Shown one piece after another: positions 9,008 to 18,251 of a stretch of DNA of 64,000 nucleotides. The translations under genes and the position numbers were made by a program. Positions within the stretch are counted from its first letter, which is position 1. The number at the start of each line of letters is the position of its first letter. The notes under the pieces are model-generated. The model searched no databases. It was given only the letters and a program-made list of their open reading frames with translations, and was not told the DNA's origin. Source of the DNA: an uncultured Spirochaetaceae bacterium (GTDB lineage Bacteria > Spirochaetota > Spirochaetia > DSM-27196 > SLST01); the NCBI GenBank assembly GCA_964458555.1, contig CAYWJH010000007.1, positions 328 through 64,327 of the forward strand, written 5' to 3'.

Positions 9008-10184
9008 GCAGAGACCGATCGATCAGAAGATGGAACAGCCGACGCAGGCTTCGGTGAACGTCGACGATCCCGAGCTCGTCGAAGGCGGCGACCGCCTCGC
9101 GCCACAGTCGCTGACGCAGAGCCAGCTCATCGTCCGCGAGTTCAAGCGACACAAGCTCGCCGTCATCGGGATGATCATTCTCGCGATCATGTACCTCGTC
9201 GCGCTGACCTGCGACTTCGTCTCGCCGCGAGATCCCAACGAGGTCTACTCGGAATACTCGTACCTCAGGCCGCAGCGCATCAGATTCTTCCACGAAGGAA
9301 GCTGGGAGGGTCCGTTCGTCTACGGAGTGACCTCGACGCGGAACCCGGAGACGCTCGAGAAGGAGTTCGTGCCGGACACGAGCGTGCGCTATCCCGTGAA
9401 GTTCTTCGCCGAAACCAACATCGACTACAAGTTTCTCGGGCTCTTCGAGACGAACCGGAAGCTCTTTTGGGCGGAGGACGAAGCGCCCCTCTACCTGATG
9501 GGCGCCGATCGGTCGGGCCGGGACATGTTCAGCCGGGTTCTCTACGGCGCACGGATCTCGCTCACGATCGGTCTCATAGGGGTCGCGATCAGTTTCGTCC
9601 TGGGGATCACCATCGGGGGGCTCTCGGGGTTCTACGGCGGCGTCGTGGACGAGATCTTCCAGCGAATCATCGAGTTCCTGATCTCGATTCCGAAGCTGCC
9701 GCTGTGGATGGCGCTCTCCGCGGTCATCCCGCTCGGCTGGCCGGTGATCAAGACCTACTTCGCGATCACCGTGATCCTTTCGGTCGTGGGATGGACCGGG
9801 CTCGCCCGCGTCGTACGCGGCAAGATCCTCGCGCTGCGCGAGGAGGAGTTCGCGCTCGCCGCAAAGGCGGCGGGAGCTCCGGACGTCTGGATCGTCTTCC
9901 GCCACCTCGTTCCGAACTTCATGAGCTATATCCTCGTCAACATCACGCTCTCTATCCCTGCGATGATCCTGGGCGAGACGAGCCTCAGCTTCATCGGGCT
10001 GGGCCTGCAGCCGCCGGCGATCAGCTGGGGCGTGCTCCTGAAGAACGCGCAGCAGGTGCAGGTCGTCGCGAACTACCCGTGGCTGCTCCTGCCCGGAGTA
10101 TTCGTAATCGTGGTCGTGCTGTGCTTCAACTTCGTGGGCGACGGCCTGCGCGACGCCGCCGACCCCTACGCATCGATGACGTAG
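9000..10184 (+). CDS. ABC transporter permease (OppC/DppC-like)
   Basis: GADRSGRDMFSR, GARISL, EAA loop AAKAAGA, NFVGDGLRDAADP; ATG overlaps the upstream permease end. Confidence 0.95.
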   Translation: MSEQRPIDQKMEQPTQASVNVDDPELVEGGDRLAPQSLTQSQLIVREFKRHKLAVIGMIILAIMYLVALTCDFVSPRDPNEVYSEYSYLRPQRIRFFHEGSWEGPFVYGVTSTRNPETLEKEFVPDTSVRYPVKFFAETNIDYKFLGLFETNRKLFWAEDEAPLYLMGADRSGRDMFSRVLYGARISLTIGLIGVAISFVLGITIGGLSGFYGGVVDEIFQRIIEFLISIPKLPLWMALSAVIPLGWPVIKTYFAITVILSVVGWTGLARVVRGKILALREEEFALAAKAAGAPDVWIVFRHLVPNFMSYILVNITLSIPAMILGETSLSFIGLGLQPPAISWGVLLKNAQQVQVVANYPWLLLPGVFVIVVVLCFNFVGDGLRDAADPYASMT

Positions 10185-10199
10185 GCGCCGCGCCGGCCG

Positions 10200-11048
10200 T
10201 CAGGCCGGCTTCGGCCGCGGCGTCGTATCTGCCTTCAGATCACCGAGCGCGAACTGGATCCCGGCGAGCATGTGCTCGAGGATGGGCGCGTTCCAGAAGA
10301 TGTGGTCGTTGTGTCCGAGCGACGTGTAGAAGACCCGTCCCCGTTCCTCGCTTCGGATCCAGCTGATCGCGATGTCCTCGTCCTCGCGGCGTTCGGGAAG
10401 GATCTTCCGGTCTTCGCTGAACGGCGTCTTCTGCTCGTCGATGCGCAGCAGCACGCGCAGACGGTCGCGGGAGTAGTGGTCCTTCATCTGGAAGACCTCG
10501 TCCTGAACCTCGAAGTCGGAGCCCCCGAACGGTGCGTTGATGGGGCTCTCCGCGTCCTCCGGGGTGAGGACGATCGTGTCCTTCGGGCCCCAGGGATGAC
10601 CGAAGTTCTCGTAGCCGCCGAGCATCTTCCCGAATTCGGGGAACTGATCGTAGCGCGGGTACTGGCAGAAGGTCGCCGCGGCCGCGTGCAGCCCGACGAA
10701 GCCGCCGCCTCCGCGCACGAAGTCGAGCAGGCTCTGCTGCAGTTTCGGATCCTCGGTCAGCACGCCCACCGTGTTGTTGAAACAGACCGCGTCGAACTGC
10801 GCGAGGTGCTCCGGGGCGAACATCGCCGTGTCGTCGCAGAAGAAGGCGGTGTAGGCGCCCGTCTTCGCGCCCATGCGCTGGATCGCGTAGTTGCCGGGTT
10901 CGATGGACGGATGTCCGGCGCGGATCTGACCGTCTTTTACGTTGAGGTTGGAGACGAGCAGGCGCCGGGTCTTCCCGGCCGCGGCCGGCGCGGATGCCGG
11001 CAACGCCTGCTCGATCTGCGTTCGTTTCTCGTCTTCAATCCTGTGCAT
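10200..11048 (-). CDS. ThuA-like domain protein (class I glutamine amidotransferase-like fold)
   Basis: FDAVCFNNT, GGGGFVGLHAA, GHP, DEVF, GRVFYTSLGH. Confidence 0.85.
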   Translation of the reverse strand: MHRIEDEKRTQIEQALPASAPAAAGKTRRLLVSNLNVKDGQIRAGHPSIEPGNYAIQRMGAKTGAYTAFFCDDTAMFAPEHLAQFDAVCFNNTVGVLTEDPKLQQSLLDFVRGGGGFVGLHAAAATFCQYPRYDQFPEFGKMLGGYENFGHPWGPKDTIVLTPEDAESPINAPFGGSDFEVQDEVFQMKDHYSRDRLRVLLRIDEQKTPFSEDRKILPERREDEDIAISWIRSEERGRVFYTSLGHNDHIFWNAPILEHMLAGIQFALGDLKADTTPRPKPA

Positions 11049-11069
11049 ATGTACTCCTTCGCGTGAGTG

Positions 11070-12170
11070 CTATTCGAGGCCGAGCTCGACGGCCAGCGGA
11101 TACTTCGACTGCTCGACCGGCCGGGTGATCACCGTTCCGGTGCGGGCCGATTCGTAGGCGCCCATCAACAGCTCGAACCCGCGCATCGTGTACGGCGCGC
11201 CCATGGGGTGCTCGCTGTCCGGTTTGCCGGTGCGCACGAGCTCCACCGCCTTCTCGTACGCGGTCTGGATGAGGTTGCGCGACTCGCGCTTCTTCGCCTC
11301 CGGTACGGGTTCCCACCCGCCGCCGGTGCGCCGCAACACGGTCTCCTCGCCCTTGTCCCCGCGCCGCCACAGCGAGCCCGTCGTCCCGAGGATCTCGATG
11401 TCGTGGTAGGGCCGATCGGGAGTCCGCAGGTCGCCCGTGAGAAACTCGACGCGAAGCCCGCTCTCGAGCTCGCAGACGGTCATCATCCCGTCCTCGACCG
11501 GATGCCCGAAGCGCCAACCACCCTTCACGTGGAAACCGCCGCCGGAGTCCTGGTCGCCACCGCCGGCCTCCTCCTCGGGGACGTCGCGGTGGTGCGCGGC
11601 GAACACCCACTTCCAATCCTTATCGCCGGTCAGGTAGAGCGCCGAGTCGATCAGATGCGTGCCGTCGCTCAGCATATCGCCGGCGCACGTCGCGCGGACG
11701 AGGTAGACGTCGCCGATCGAACCGCTTGTGATCTGCTCGCGCAGCCACACGAAGTCCTCGCCGGTCCGCCGCTGGTGGTTCACGACGAGCGGGACCCCGG
11801 CCTTCTCGCAAACCTCCACCATCCTCCGGGCCTCGCTCAGATCGACGGCGATCGGCTTCTCGCAGTAGACCAGCTTCGCGCCGGCCTCGACCGCGGCGAT
11901 CGTCATCTGCGCGTGGAGTCGGTTGGGCGTGGCCACGCCGACGATCTCCGGCTTCACCTCGCGAAGCATCTGCTCGTAGTCGGTGAACCGCGCCGGCTCG
12001 GCTACGTCGCCCTTCCCGGCCTGCTTCGCCGTCGCGACGCAGTCCGCGGCGACCGTCTCCAGCTTCTCCGTGTCGATGTCGCAGAGCGCCGCGAGCTCGA
12101 CACCCTCGATCGCCGCGAGCGCGAGCGCGTGATTGCGCCCCATCTTGAGTCCTACAACTGCTGCTTTCAT
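11070..12170 (-). CDS. Gfo/Idh/MocA family NAD(P)-dependent oxidoreductase
   Basis: Rossmann start KAAVVGL, VATPNRLHA, CEKPIA, NHQRR, DGTHLID. Confidence 0.92.
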   Translation of the reverse strand: MKAAVVGLKMGRNHALALAAIEGVELAALCDIDTEKLETVAADCVATAKQAGKGDVAEPARFTDYEQMLREVKPEIVGVATPNRLHAQMTIAAVEAGAKLVYCEKPIAVDLSEARRMVEVCEKAGVPLVVNHQRRTGEDFVWLREQITSGSIGDVYLVRATCAGDMLSDGTHLIDSALYLTGDKDWKWVFAAHHRDVPEEEAGGGDQDSGGGFHVKGGWRFGHPVEDGMMTVCELESGLRVEFLTGDLRTPDRPYHDIEILGTTGSLWRRGDKGEETVLRRTGGGWEPVPEAKKRESRNLIQTAYEKAVELVRTGKPDSEHPMGAPYTMRGFELLMGAYESARTGTVITRPVEQSKYPLAVELGLE

Positions 12171-12314
12171 GTACCGTCCTCTCGTACGGGATTCAGGTCG
12201 AAACCCAGGCTCATTGTAACGCGTACGTCGACGCGTGAAAACCGGAAAACGGCTTCGAGAAAGCGGTGCAGAGCCGTAAAATACCGCAAAGCTTACAGTT
12301 CGGTCAGCCGACGG

Positions 12315-14873
12315 TCAGCTTGTCCTGGAGATCCTCACGGTGCGCGCCGCCGTGCCTTCGAGCGGGAAGACGGCGTACCGGCTGCCTTCGACCTCGCGTA
12401 CGCGCACGTCCTCGGCGGGCTCGCCGTCGACGGTCACCTCCACGCTCCGCCAGCCGTCGGGCAGAAGCACATCGGCCTCGGTCTCCTGAGCGCTGCCCGC
12501 GATGTCGAGCGCGAGCTCGTCGCCCTCCTTTCGATAGCGGTAGCGCGCGTAGCCGCCGGAGGACGGAAGCACCGCACCGGCGGTCACGGTGTCGACGCCG
12601 GCCGCCTGCCACCGCGGGGCGATCCGCGCGCGCTCGAAGCCGGGCCCGGCGTCCTCGATCCCGGCGAGCCCCTCGATGAGCGCGTAGACGAGATCCGCGG
12701 CGCCCCACATCGCGGGGATACCCTTGGACACCTTCGTCACCGGAAACGACACCGGCCCGTCGGAGAGCGTGAGCCCGGCGACGAGCCAGATGGAATCGGT
12801 CTCCGCGGCCTCGAGCTCGATCCGCTCGATCGGCTTCTGCGGGTGCGGGTGCTCGAGCCCGTAGACGAACACGCCCACGTTCTCGTACGTTCCGCCCGGT
12901 CCCTGGTACCCGACGCGATAATTCCCCGTCCGGATCTGATGCCCACCGACCGCGTCGGGCGCGGGGAAGAGCCACGACTCGAGCCCGCGGTGGCTGTGGA
13001 CGTAGTCGGTGTGATGGCTGCCGTCGGCGTAGACGATGCGGATCGTCCCGACGAGCGGTCCCGGCGAGACGCCGGCGCCGGTCGCCCCGTGCGGGCTGTA
13101 GGCGACGGTCGACTTGTCCCAGCCTTTCGCGTCGCGGCCGTGCGCGGTGTGGAAGAAGCAGACCGTGCGCGCGGCCCGGCCGACCGGAAGCGTCACCGAC
13201 CGTGCGTATGGCCCGGCGTGCGAGAGCCCGATGACCGCCCGGCGGCCGTTCTCCGCAGGGTCGATCACGGTGAAGGGGACGCCTGCGTACTCGGCGCGAC
13301 CGGGCGGGAGATGCCGCATGTCGTTCTCGGGGTCGCCGACCCAGCCGGGAACGCCCGCGGCGCCGGCGCCGTGCGTGTCCGTGTTGGCGAGCGCCTCGAT
13401 GGAAAGCGGTTCGTAGCGCGCCGGCGGAGGCGGCTCGGGAAGCGCGCCCTTGAAGGCGGTGAAGAGATACCCGCCGTACTCCTCGCACAGCGCGTTCACG
13501 CGTTCGAGGATGTCGACCGCGTAGCGCTCGTAGCCGTGCTCGAAGGCGCCGCGGGCGAGCTGGCCGGCGGCGATCGTGCTCACACCGCCGTTCATGTACT
13601 CCCACTTCGGGAAGTGAAACCCCTTCTCGAAGGGCGGATAGATGTTGTACCACTCGCCCGCCGACGTCTCCGGCATCTCGCGGCGGATCCTGAGGGACGT
13701 CTCGATGATCGCGACCGCCTGCTCGTGCGGAATGCCGCGGTTGAGCGCGTGCGTGTTCGACAGCGATACCTGCCGGTCGATCGGCGTGCCGCCCAGGTCG
13801 CGCCTTGCCCCCGGGTTCTCCGGGACCATGTGCGTGTAGAACTCGCCGTTCCACGCGACCTCGTCGAGCCGCTGCCGGAGCTCGCGGGAGAGGCGCAGCT
13901 GCTCGGCGGCCTCCGCGTCGCGGCCGGCGGCGCGGAGCATCTCGGCGAGGAGCTCGAGGCTCTTCGCCATGCCCGTGTTATCGCCGTGGAAGACGTTGAA
14001 CTCGCCGCTGTCCAGGTTGATGCGCATCACCGTACCGGTCGAGCTGCGCGCCGCGTCGTCGTGGCTCTGGAAGTCCCAGCTGTCGATCGTGAATCCGCGC
14101 TTCAGGAGCTTGAACTTCGTGCTCCAGCGGTACGGGTCGGTCGTGGCATAGCGCACCGCGCGCAGCGCGGAGTCGAGCAGCCCCGCCACCCACTCGGTGT
14201 CGCCCGAGGACTTCCAGGCGCGGTAGAGCCCCTCGATGTAGAGGTACTCGACGTCGTTCTCCACCGGAATGCGCATCCACCGGCGATTGGTGTTGTGCTC
14301 GTCGATGGGCCGAACGAAGTCGCCTTCGGCGAACTCGTAGTCGCGGAAGGTCTGCCAGGCCGAGTGGCACATCTGCTTGCACTTGTCCCAGATCATGCCG
14401 TCCTCGCGCTGCGAGTCGGCGTAGAGCTCGATGCCGCTCTTCACCTCGTGCTCCCAGTAGCGCATGCCCTTCAGCGCGTGTACGTGATCGCGCAGCCACG
14501 TCACGTAGTACTTGTAGTTCTTCTCGCCCACGCGGATGTACTTGGGGAGGTTCGACGTCCACCACGCGTGCATCGTGGTGTAGAGCAGGCCGAGCAGGTT
14601 GCGGTAGAACCCGTCCTCGTCGTCGATCTCGGTCTCGTACTCGACGGTCAGCGGAGAGACGCCGCGGACGCGCTGCTCATCGTCGAGCACCATGACCAGA
14701 TGCGCGCCCAGCGCGCCGGACACGGTGAACGAGAACGAATCGGCCGCCCGCTCGTGCACGTACTCGGTTCCCCGCCCGTCGCGAACGGAGACGATTCCGG
14801 GAGCCAGGCCGGAGAGGGTGACGACGTCGAGGGGGCGGGCGCGTCGCGCCGACAGCGTTGGTTCGTGTGCCAT
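12315..14873 (-). CDS. Six-hairpin (alpha/alpha) glycosidase-like protein
   Basis: Helical barrel-like segments (ENDVEYLYIEGLYRAWKSSGD, FHGDNTG, WNGEFY, YMNGG) plus C-terminal beta domains; exact GH family not determined. Confidence 0.6.
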   Translation of the reverse strand: MAHEPTLSARRARPLDVVTLSGLAPGIVSVRDGRGTEYVHERAADSFSFTVSGALGAHLVMVLDDEQRVRGVSPLTVEYETEIDDEDGFYRNLLGLLYTTMHAWWTSNLPKYIRVGEKNYKYYVTWLRDHVHALKGMRYWEHEVKSGIELYADSQREDGMIWDKCKQMCHSAWQTFRDYEFAEGDFVRPIDEHNTNRRWMRIPVENDVEYLYIEGLYRAWKSSGDTEWVAGLLDSALRAVRYATTDPYRWSTKFKLLKRGFTIDSWDFQSHDDAARSSTGTVMRINLDSGEFNVFHGDNTGMAKSLELLAEMLRAAGRDAEAAEQLRLSRELRQRLDEVAWNGEFYTHMVPENPGARRDLGGTPIDRQVSLSNTHALNRGIPHEQAVAIIETSLRIRREMPETSAGEWYNIYPPFEKGFHFPKWEYMNGGVSTIAAGQLARGAFEHGYERYAVDILERVNALCEEYGGYLFTAFKGALPEPPPPARYEPLSIEALANTDTHGAGAAGVPGWVGDPENDMRHLPPGRAEYAGVPFTVIDPAENGRRAVIGLSHAGPYARSVTLPVGRAARTVCFFHTAHGRDAKGWDKSTVAYSPHGATGAGVSPGPLVGTIRIVYADGSHHTDYVHSHRGLESWLFPAPDAVGGHQIRTGNYRVGYQGPGGTYENVGVFVYGLEHPHPQKPIERIELEAAETDSIWLVAGLTLSDGPVSFPVTKVSKGIPAMWGAADLVYALIEGLAGIEDAGPGFERARIAPRWQAAGVDTVTAGAVLPSSGGYARYRYRKEGDELALDIAGSAQETEADVLLPDGWRSVEVTVDGEPAEDVRVREVEGSRYAVFPLEGTAARTVRISRTS

Positions 14874-14950
14874 GGAATCAGTATGTACGATCAACAGTCA
14901 GGTGTCATCGCGTCGGAGCGCATCTCCCGACATCGCGGACCGCTCGCCGA

Positions 14951-15547
14951 TTACCGCCCAACGCTGCCGACATCCCGGGCCAGGATCGACATGACCTGAG
15001 TATGAGACTCGAAGACAACCCCCTGCATCCCCAAATTGCGCGCAGCTTCGACATTGTCCGCCCGATCGTCAACGAAGAGACACTCGCCGGGCTGAACCGC
15101 CAGGGCGGACAGCACCGATCGGTAGATCCTCGGATCAGGCTTGGTGATACCGATCGCGGCGGAGACGACGATCGCGGCGAAGTCATTGCACGCCCCCAGT
15201 GCGCGCTGTCGTGCGGCGAAGAGCTCGACCGAGTCGTTCGTGAGCACGGCGAGACGGAAACCGCGGTCGCGCGCGAAATCGATCATGCCGCGAGCCCCCG
15301 GCATCGGTGCCGCGAAGGCCTCGACGGACAGATCGGACATGGTAGGCTCGAGGCCCCTCTCGCGAAGCAACCGTGCCCAGAACTCGTTCTCAGACAGAGC
15401 ACCGGTGTCAACGTACGAACGAAGCCGACGCGCTTGGTCGAGAAGGTCGGGTTCGGACAGACCGTGTCTTGCCGCGAGCTCGCCGACCTTTGGCGCGACG
15501 GCGTCCGCGCACAGCACGCCACCCACGTCGAGCACGAGCGCATTCAT
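14951..15547 (-). CDS. HAD-superfamily hydrolase (subfamily IA-like)
   Basis: Motif I LDVGGVL, motif II LTN, KPDPRIY, FVDDRADNV; ATGA overlap with the GDPD gene. Confidence 0.9.
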   Translation of the reverse strand: MNALVLDVGGVLCADAVAPKVGELAARHGLSEPDLLDQARRLRSYVDTGALSENEFWARLLRERGLEPTMSDLSVEAFAAPMPGARGMIDFARDRGFRLAVLTNDSVELFAARQRALGACNDFAAIVVSAAIGITKPDPRIYRSVLSALAVQPGECLFVDDRADNVEAARNLGMQGVVFESHTQVMSILARDVGSVGR

Positions 15548-16281
15548 CGCCGAAACCCTGGTACGAACCGATCGAATTCGCTGTCGATCTGCAGCTCGGT
15601 GCATCCGAGCGCGACGAGTCGGTCGATATCCTCGCCGGCCGGCCCGAGGGGATCGAGGCGCGGCAGGTAGTGAAAGCGGTTAATTGATGGGATGATTCTG
15701 ACCGAGCGTTCGAGCAGCTGCTCGACGAGGGGGTCGGGGAGTTGCGTTGCGTGAGCGAAGACGAACTCGCGCTCGCCGACCGAGTCGATTCCGCGCTCGC
15801 CGCGCAGGAGCTGCCGGACCGGGACGGCGGTCGTGGTGGTACCGGCGAAGAACTCCTTCGCCTTACGGGCCCCGATTACCATCGCCGAACCGAGCATCGC
15901 CCTTGCCGTGAGCGCGTCGGAGACGGTTCGCAGGAATCGTTCGCCGGGCGCGTCGTGTTTCACATCGATCATGACATCGACCCGATCGCGGCATCGGTCC
16001 AGCATCTCGTCAAGCGTCAGGATCCAACTGCCTACCGCTCCGCGTAGCTCACCGATCGAGACATCCCGCACGCGTCGTCTACGCAGGAAGCCACTCGCAA
16101 TCGAAGGATCGTGGTAGCAGACGATCGCCCCGTCGCTCGTCTCGCGGAGGTCGATTTCGACCGCCGCGTACCCTCGTCGGACCGCAGCGTCGAGCGCGTC
16201 TGGGCTGTTCTCGTGGTAGCGGCCTTCGACGACGCCGCCGCGGTGGGCGATGAGCCGAATGGTGTCGGCGGCGGAGCTCAT
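15544..16281 (-). CDS. Glycerophosphodiester phosphodiesterase (GDPD) family protein
   Basis: IAHRGG...ENS...EIDLRETSDG...YHD. Confidence 0.88.
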   Translation of the reverse strand: MSSAADTIRLIAHRGGVVEGRYHENSPDALDAAVRRGYAAVEIDLRETSDGAIVCYHDPSIASGFLRRRRVRDVSIGELRGAVGSWILTLDEMLDRCRDRVDVMIDVKHDAPGERFLRTVSDALTARAMLGSAMVIGARKAKEFFAGTTTTAVPVRQLLRGERGIDSVGEREFVFAHATQLPDPLVEQLLERSVRIIPSINRFHYLPRLDPLGPAGEDIDRLVALGCTELQIDSEFDRFVPGFRR

Positions 16282-16285
16282 CTGC

Positions 16286-17182
16286 CTACCCCTTCAGCCC
16301 GGTGAGCTGAATCCCCTCGACGAAGTAGCGTTGGAGAAAGACGAAGATCAGGAGAACGGGCAGGATAATCAACGTGGCGATCGCCATGTAGAGATGCATG
16401 TTCGGGATCGATTGCAACTCCTCGGCGTAGGCATCTCGGAACATGTTGAGACCCACGTTGAGCGTGTACATGTCGCTGTCCTTCAGGTAGATGAGTGGAT
16501 CGACGAACTTGTTCCAATGGGACACGAACTCGAGTATCATGACCACGCCCACCGCCGGTTTCGCGAGCGGCGCCATGATAAGCCGCAAGCGCTGAGGCAC
16601 GCTCGCCCCGTCAATTTTAGCCGCATCGTCAAGGTCGCGAGGGATGGTCCTGAAGAACTGTCGCATGAGGAACACCTTGGGCGCCCCGGCAGCGAGCCAC
16701 CCCGGGACGATGAGCGGGACGTAGGTGTTCACGAATCCTAACCGCCACCAAATCACGAACTCGGGTATGAGCGTGACCTCGCCGGGCAGGAGCATGGAGG
16801 CGATGAGGATCGCGAAGAAGACCCGTGCGGCGGGAAAGCGAATTCGCGCCATCGCGTAGCCAGCGGCGGAGGTAGAGACGACTGCACCGATCATCCCCAT
16901 GCCTGTCACGTAGAGCGTATTGAGCAAGTAGCGCGTGAACGGGAACGCGGTCCAAGCCTGCACGTAGTTCTCGATCTGGAAGTCCCACGGAATCCACTGG
17001 AATGGCCTGACGTACAACGATTCCGGCGCCTTGAGCGACGTGATCACCATGATAAACAGCGGTAGCCCGAAAACGACCGCGAGCGCGCTGGCGAGCGTGT
17101 ACCAAGGCAGCTTACGCATCCCATCGCGCAGCCGTCTGCGGGAGTCAAATTCGATGATGATTTCGGCAGCACGGTGTTCCAT
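16286..17182 (-). CDS. Carbohydrate ABC transporter permease (MalG-like)
   Basis: ENY, AGYAMAR, IPRDLDDAAKIDGA EAA loop, QRYFVEGI end; alternative start 17191. Confidence 0.93.
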   Translation of the reverse strand: MEHRAAEIIIEFDSRRRLRDGMRKLPWYTLASALAVVFGLPLFIMVITSLKAPESLYVRPFQWIPWDFQIENYVQAWTAFPFTRYLLNTLYVTGMGMIGAVVSTSAAGYAMARIRFPAARVFFAILIASMLLPGEVTLIPEFVIWWRLGFVNTYVPLIVPGWLAAGAPKVFLMRQFFRTIPRDLDDAAKIDGASVPQRLRLIMAPLAKPAVGVVMILEFVSHWNKFVDPLIYLKDSDMYTLNVGLNMFRDAYAEELQSIPNMHLYMAIATLIILPVLLIFVFLQRYFVEGIQLTGLKG

Positions 17183-17194
17183 CGGTGTCATCTC

Positions 17195-18157
17195 CTACTC
17201 GTAGTAGACCCGCCGTCCGAAGACGAGGAAGTTGACGAGCGTGATACTCATCACGATCAAGAAGAGGATCCACGCGAGCGCGGATGCAAGGCCCATCCGG
17301 CTCTCACTGAAGGCCCGGATGTAGAGGTAGACCGTGTAGAAGAGCCCCGAATTAAGCGGTCCGCCCGGCGCCGATGACTCGAAGATGACGATCGGTGCGG
17401 TGAGCACCTGAAAGACCCTAATCGTTTCGATGATGAAGACGTAGAAAAGGCTCGGCGAAACGAGCGGGATCGTCACGTGCCACAGCCGCTGCAGAGGCCG
17501 TGCACCTTCAATCCGCGCGATCTCGTACATCTGCCGAGGGATACCCTTGAGACCGGCCAGCAAAATGATCATTGCCGTGCCAATTTCCCACACGCGCATA
17601 ATCGCAAACGAAGGCAGCACCATGCGCGGGGATGCGAGCCATGGCAGCGGCTCGGCCAAGCCGAACACTCCCTGGAGCAGCAGATTAAGCGGTCCTCGCT
17701 GTGGATCGAAGACGTACAGCCAGACGAACGCTGCAGCCACGCCGGTGACCACGGACGGCAAATAGAAGATTGCACGGTAAACGGTCACTCCACGGTGAGG
17801 CCGAGTCAGCAGAAGCGCGAGCGAGAAGGCCACAACCATGTTCAGCGGGACGGACATCAAGACAAACGAGAATGTGACCTCGAGCGCCCGACGGAAAAGC
17901 CGGTCGCGGGTAACGATGTACTCGAAGTTGTAGAGACCCACGAACTCGGCCGGGCCGAAGCCCCGCCACTCGAAGAGGCTCATGACCAGCGAGACGATGA
18001 AAGGCCCGGCCACGAGCAGGATAATGCCGAACAACCACGGAAGACTGAGCAGATAGCCCCAGACGGCGTCCGCCCGGTTTAAGCGGTCACGGCCGAGGAA
18101 GAACCGGTACACGGCTTCAAGCCACGGTACCCGGCTCACATATGGCAGGTCTTTCAT
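17195..18157 (-). CDS. Carbohydrate ABC transporter permease (MalF/UgpA-like)
   Basis: FVGLYNF, IFYLPSV, LAGLKGIPRQMYEIARIEGA, VTIPLVSP. Confidence 0.93.
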   Translation of the reverse strand: MKDLPYVSRVPWLEAVYRFFLGRDRLNRADAVWGYLLSLPWLFGIILLVAGPFIVSLVMSLFEWRGFGPAEFVGLYNFEYIVTRDRLFRRALEVTFSFVLMSVPLNMVVAFSLALLLTRPHRGVTVYRAIFYLPSVVTGVAAAFVWLYVFDPQRGPLNLLLQGVFGLAEPLPWLASPRMVLPSFAIMRVWEIGTAMIILLAGLKGIPRQMYEIARIEGARPLQRLWHVTIPLVSPSLFYVFIIETIRVFQVLTAPIVIFESSAPGGPLNSGLFYTVYLYIRAFSESRMGLASALAWILFLIVMSITLVNFLVFGRRVYYE

Positions 18158-18251
18158 CTCGGTCTCCTCCTGCAGGGCAACGATGGGAAGAGCGGCCCGG
18201 CGCGCCTCCCGCGCCGGACCAGGGGGAATAGTTCTTTGCGGTTGGCTGAGA

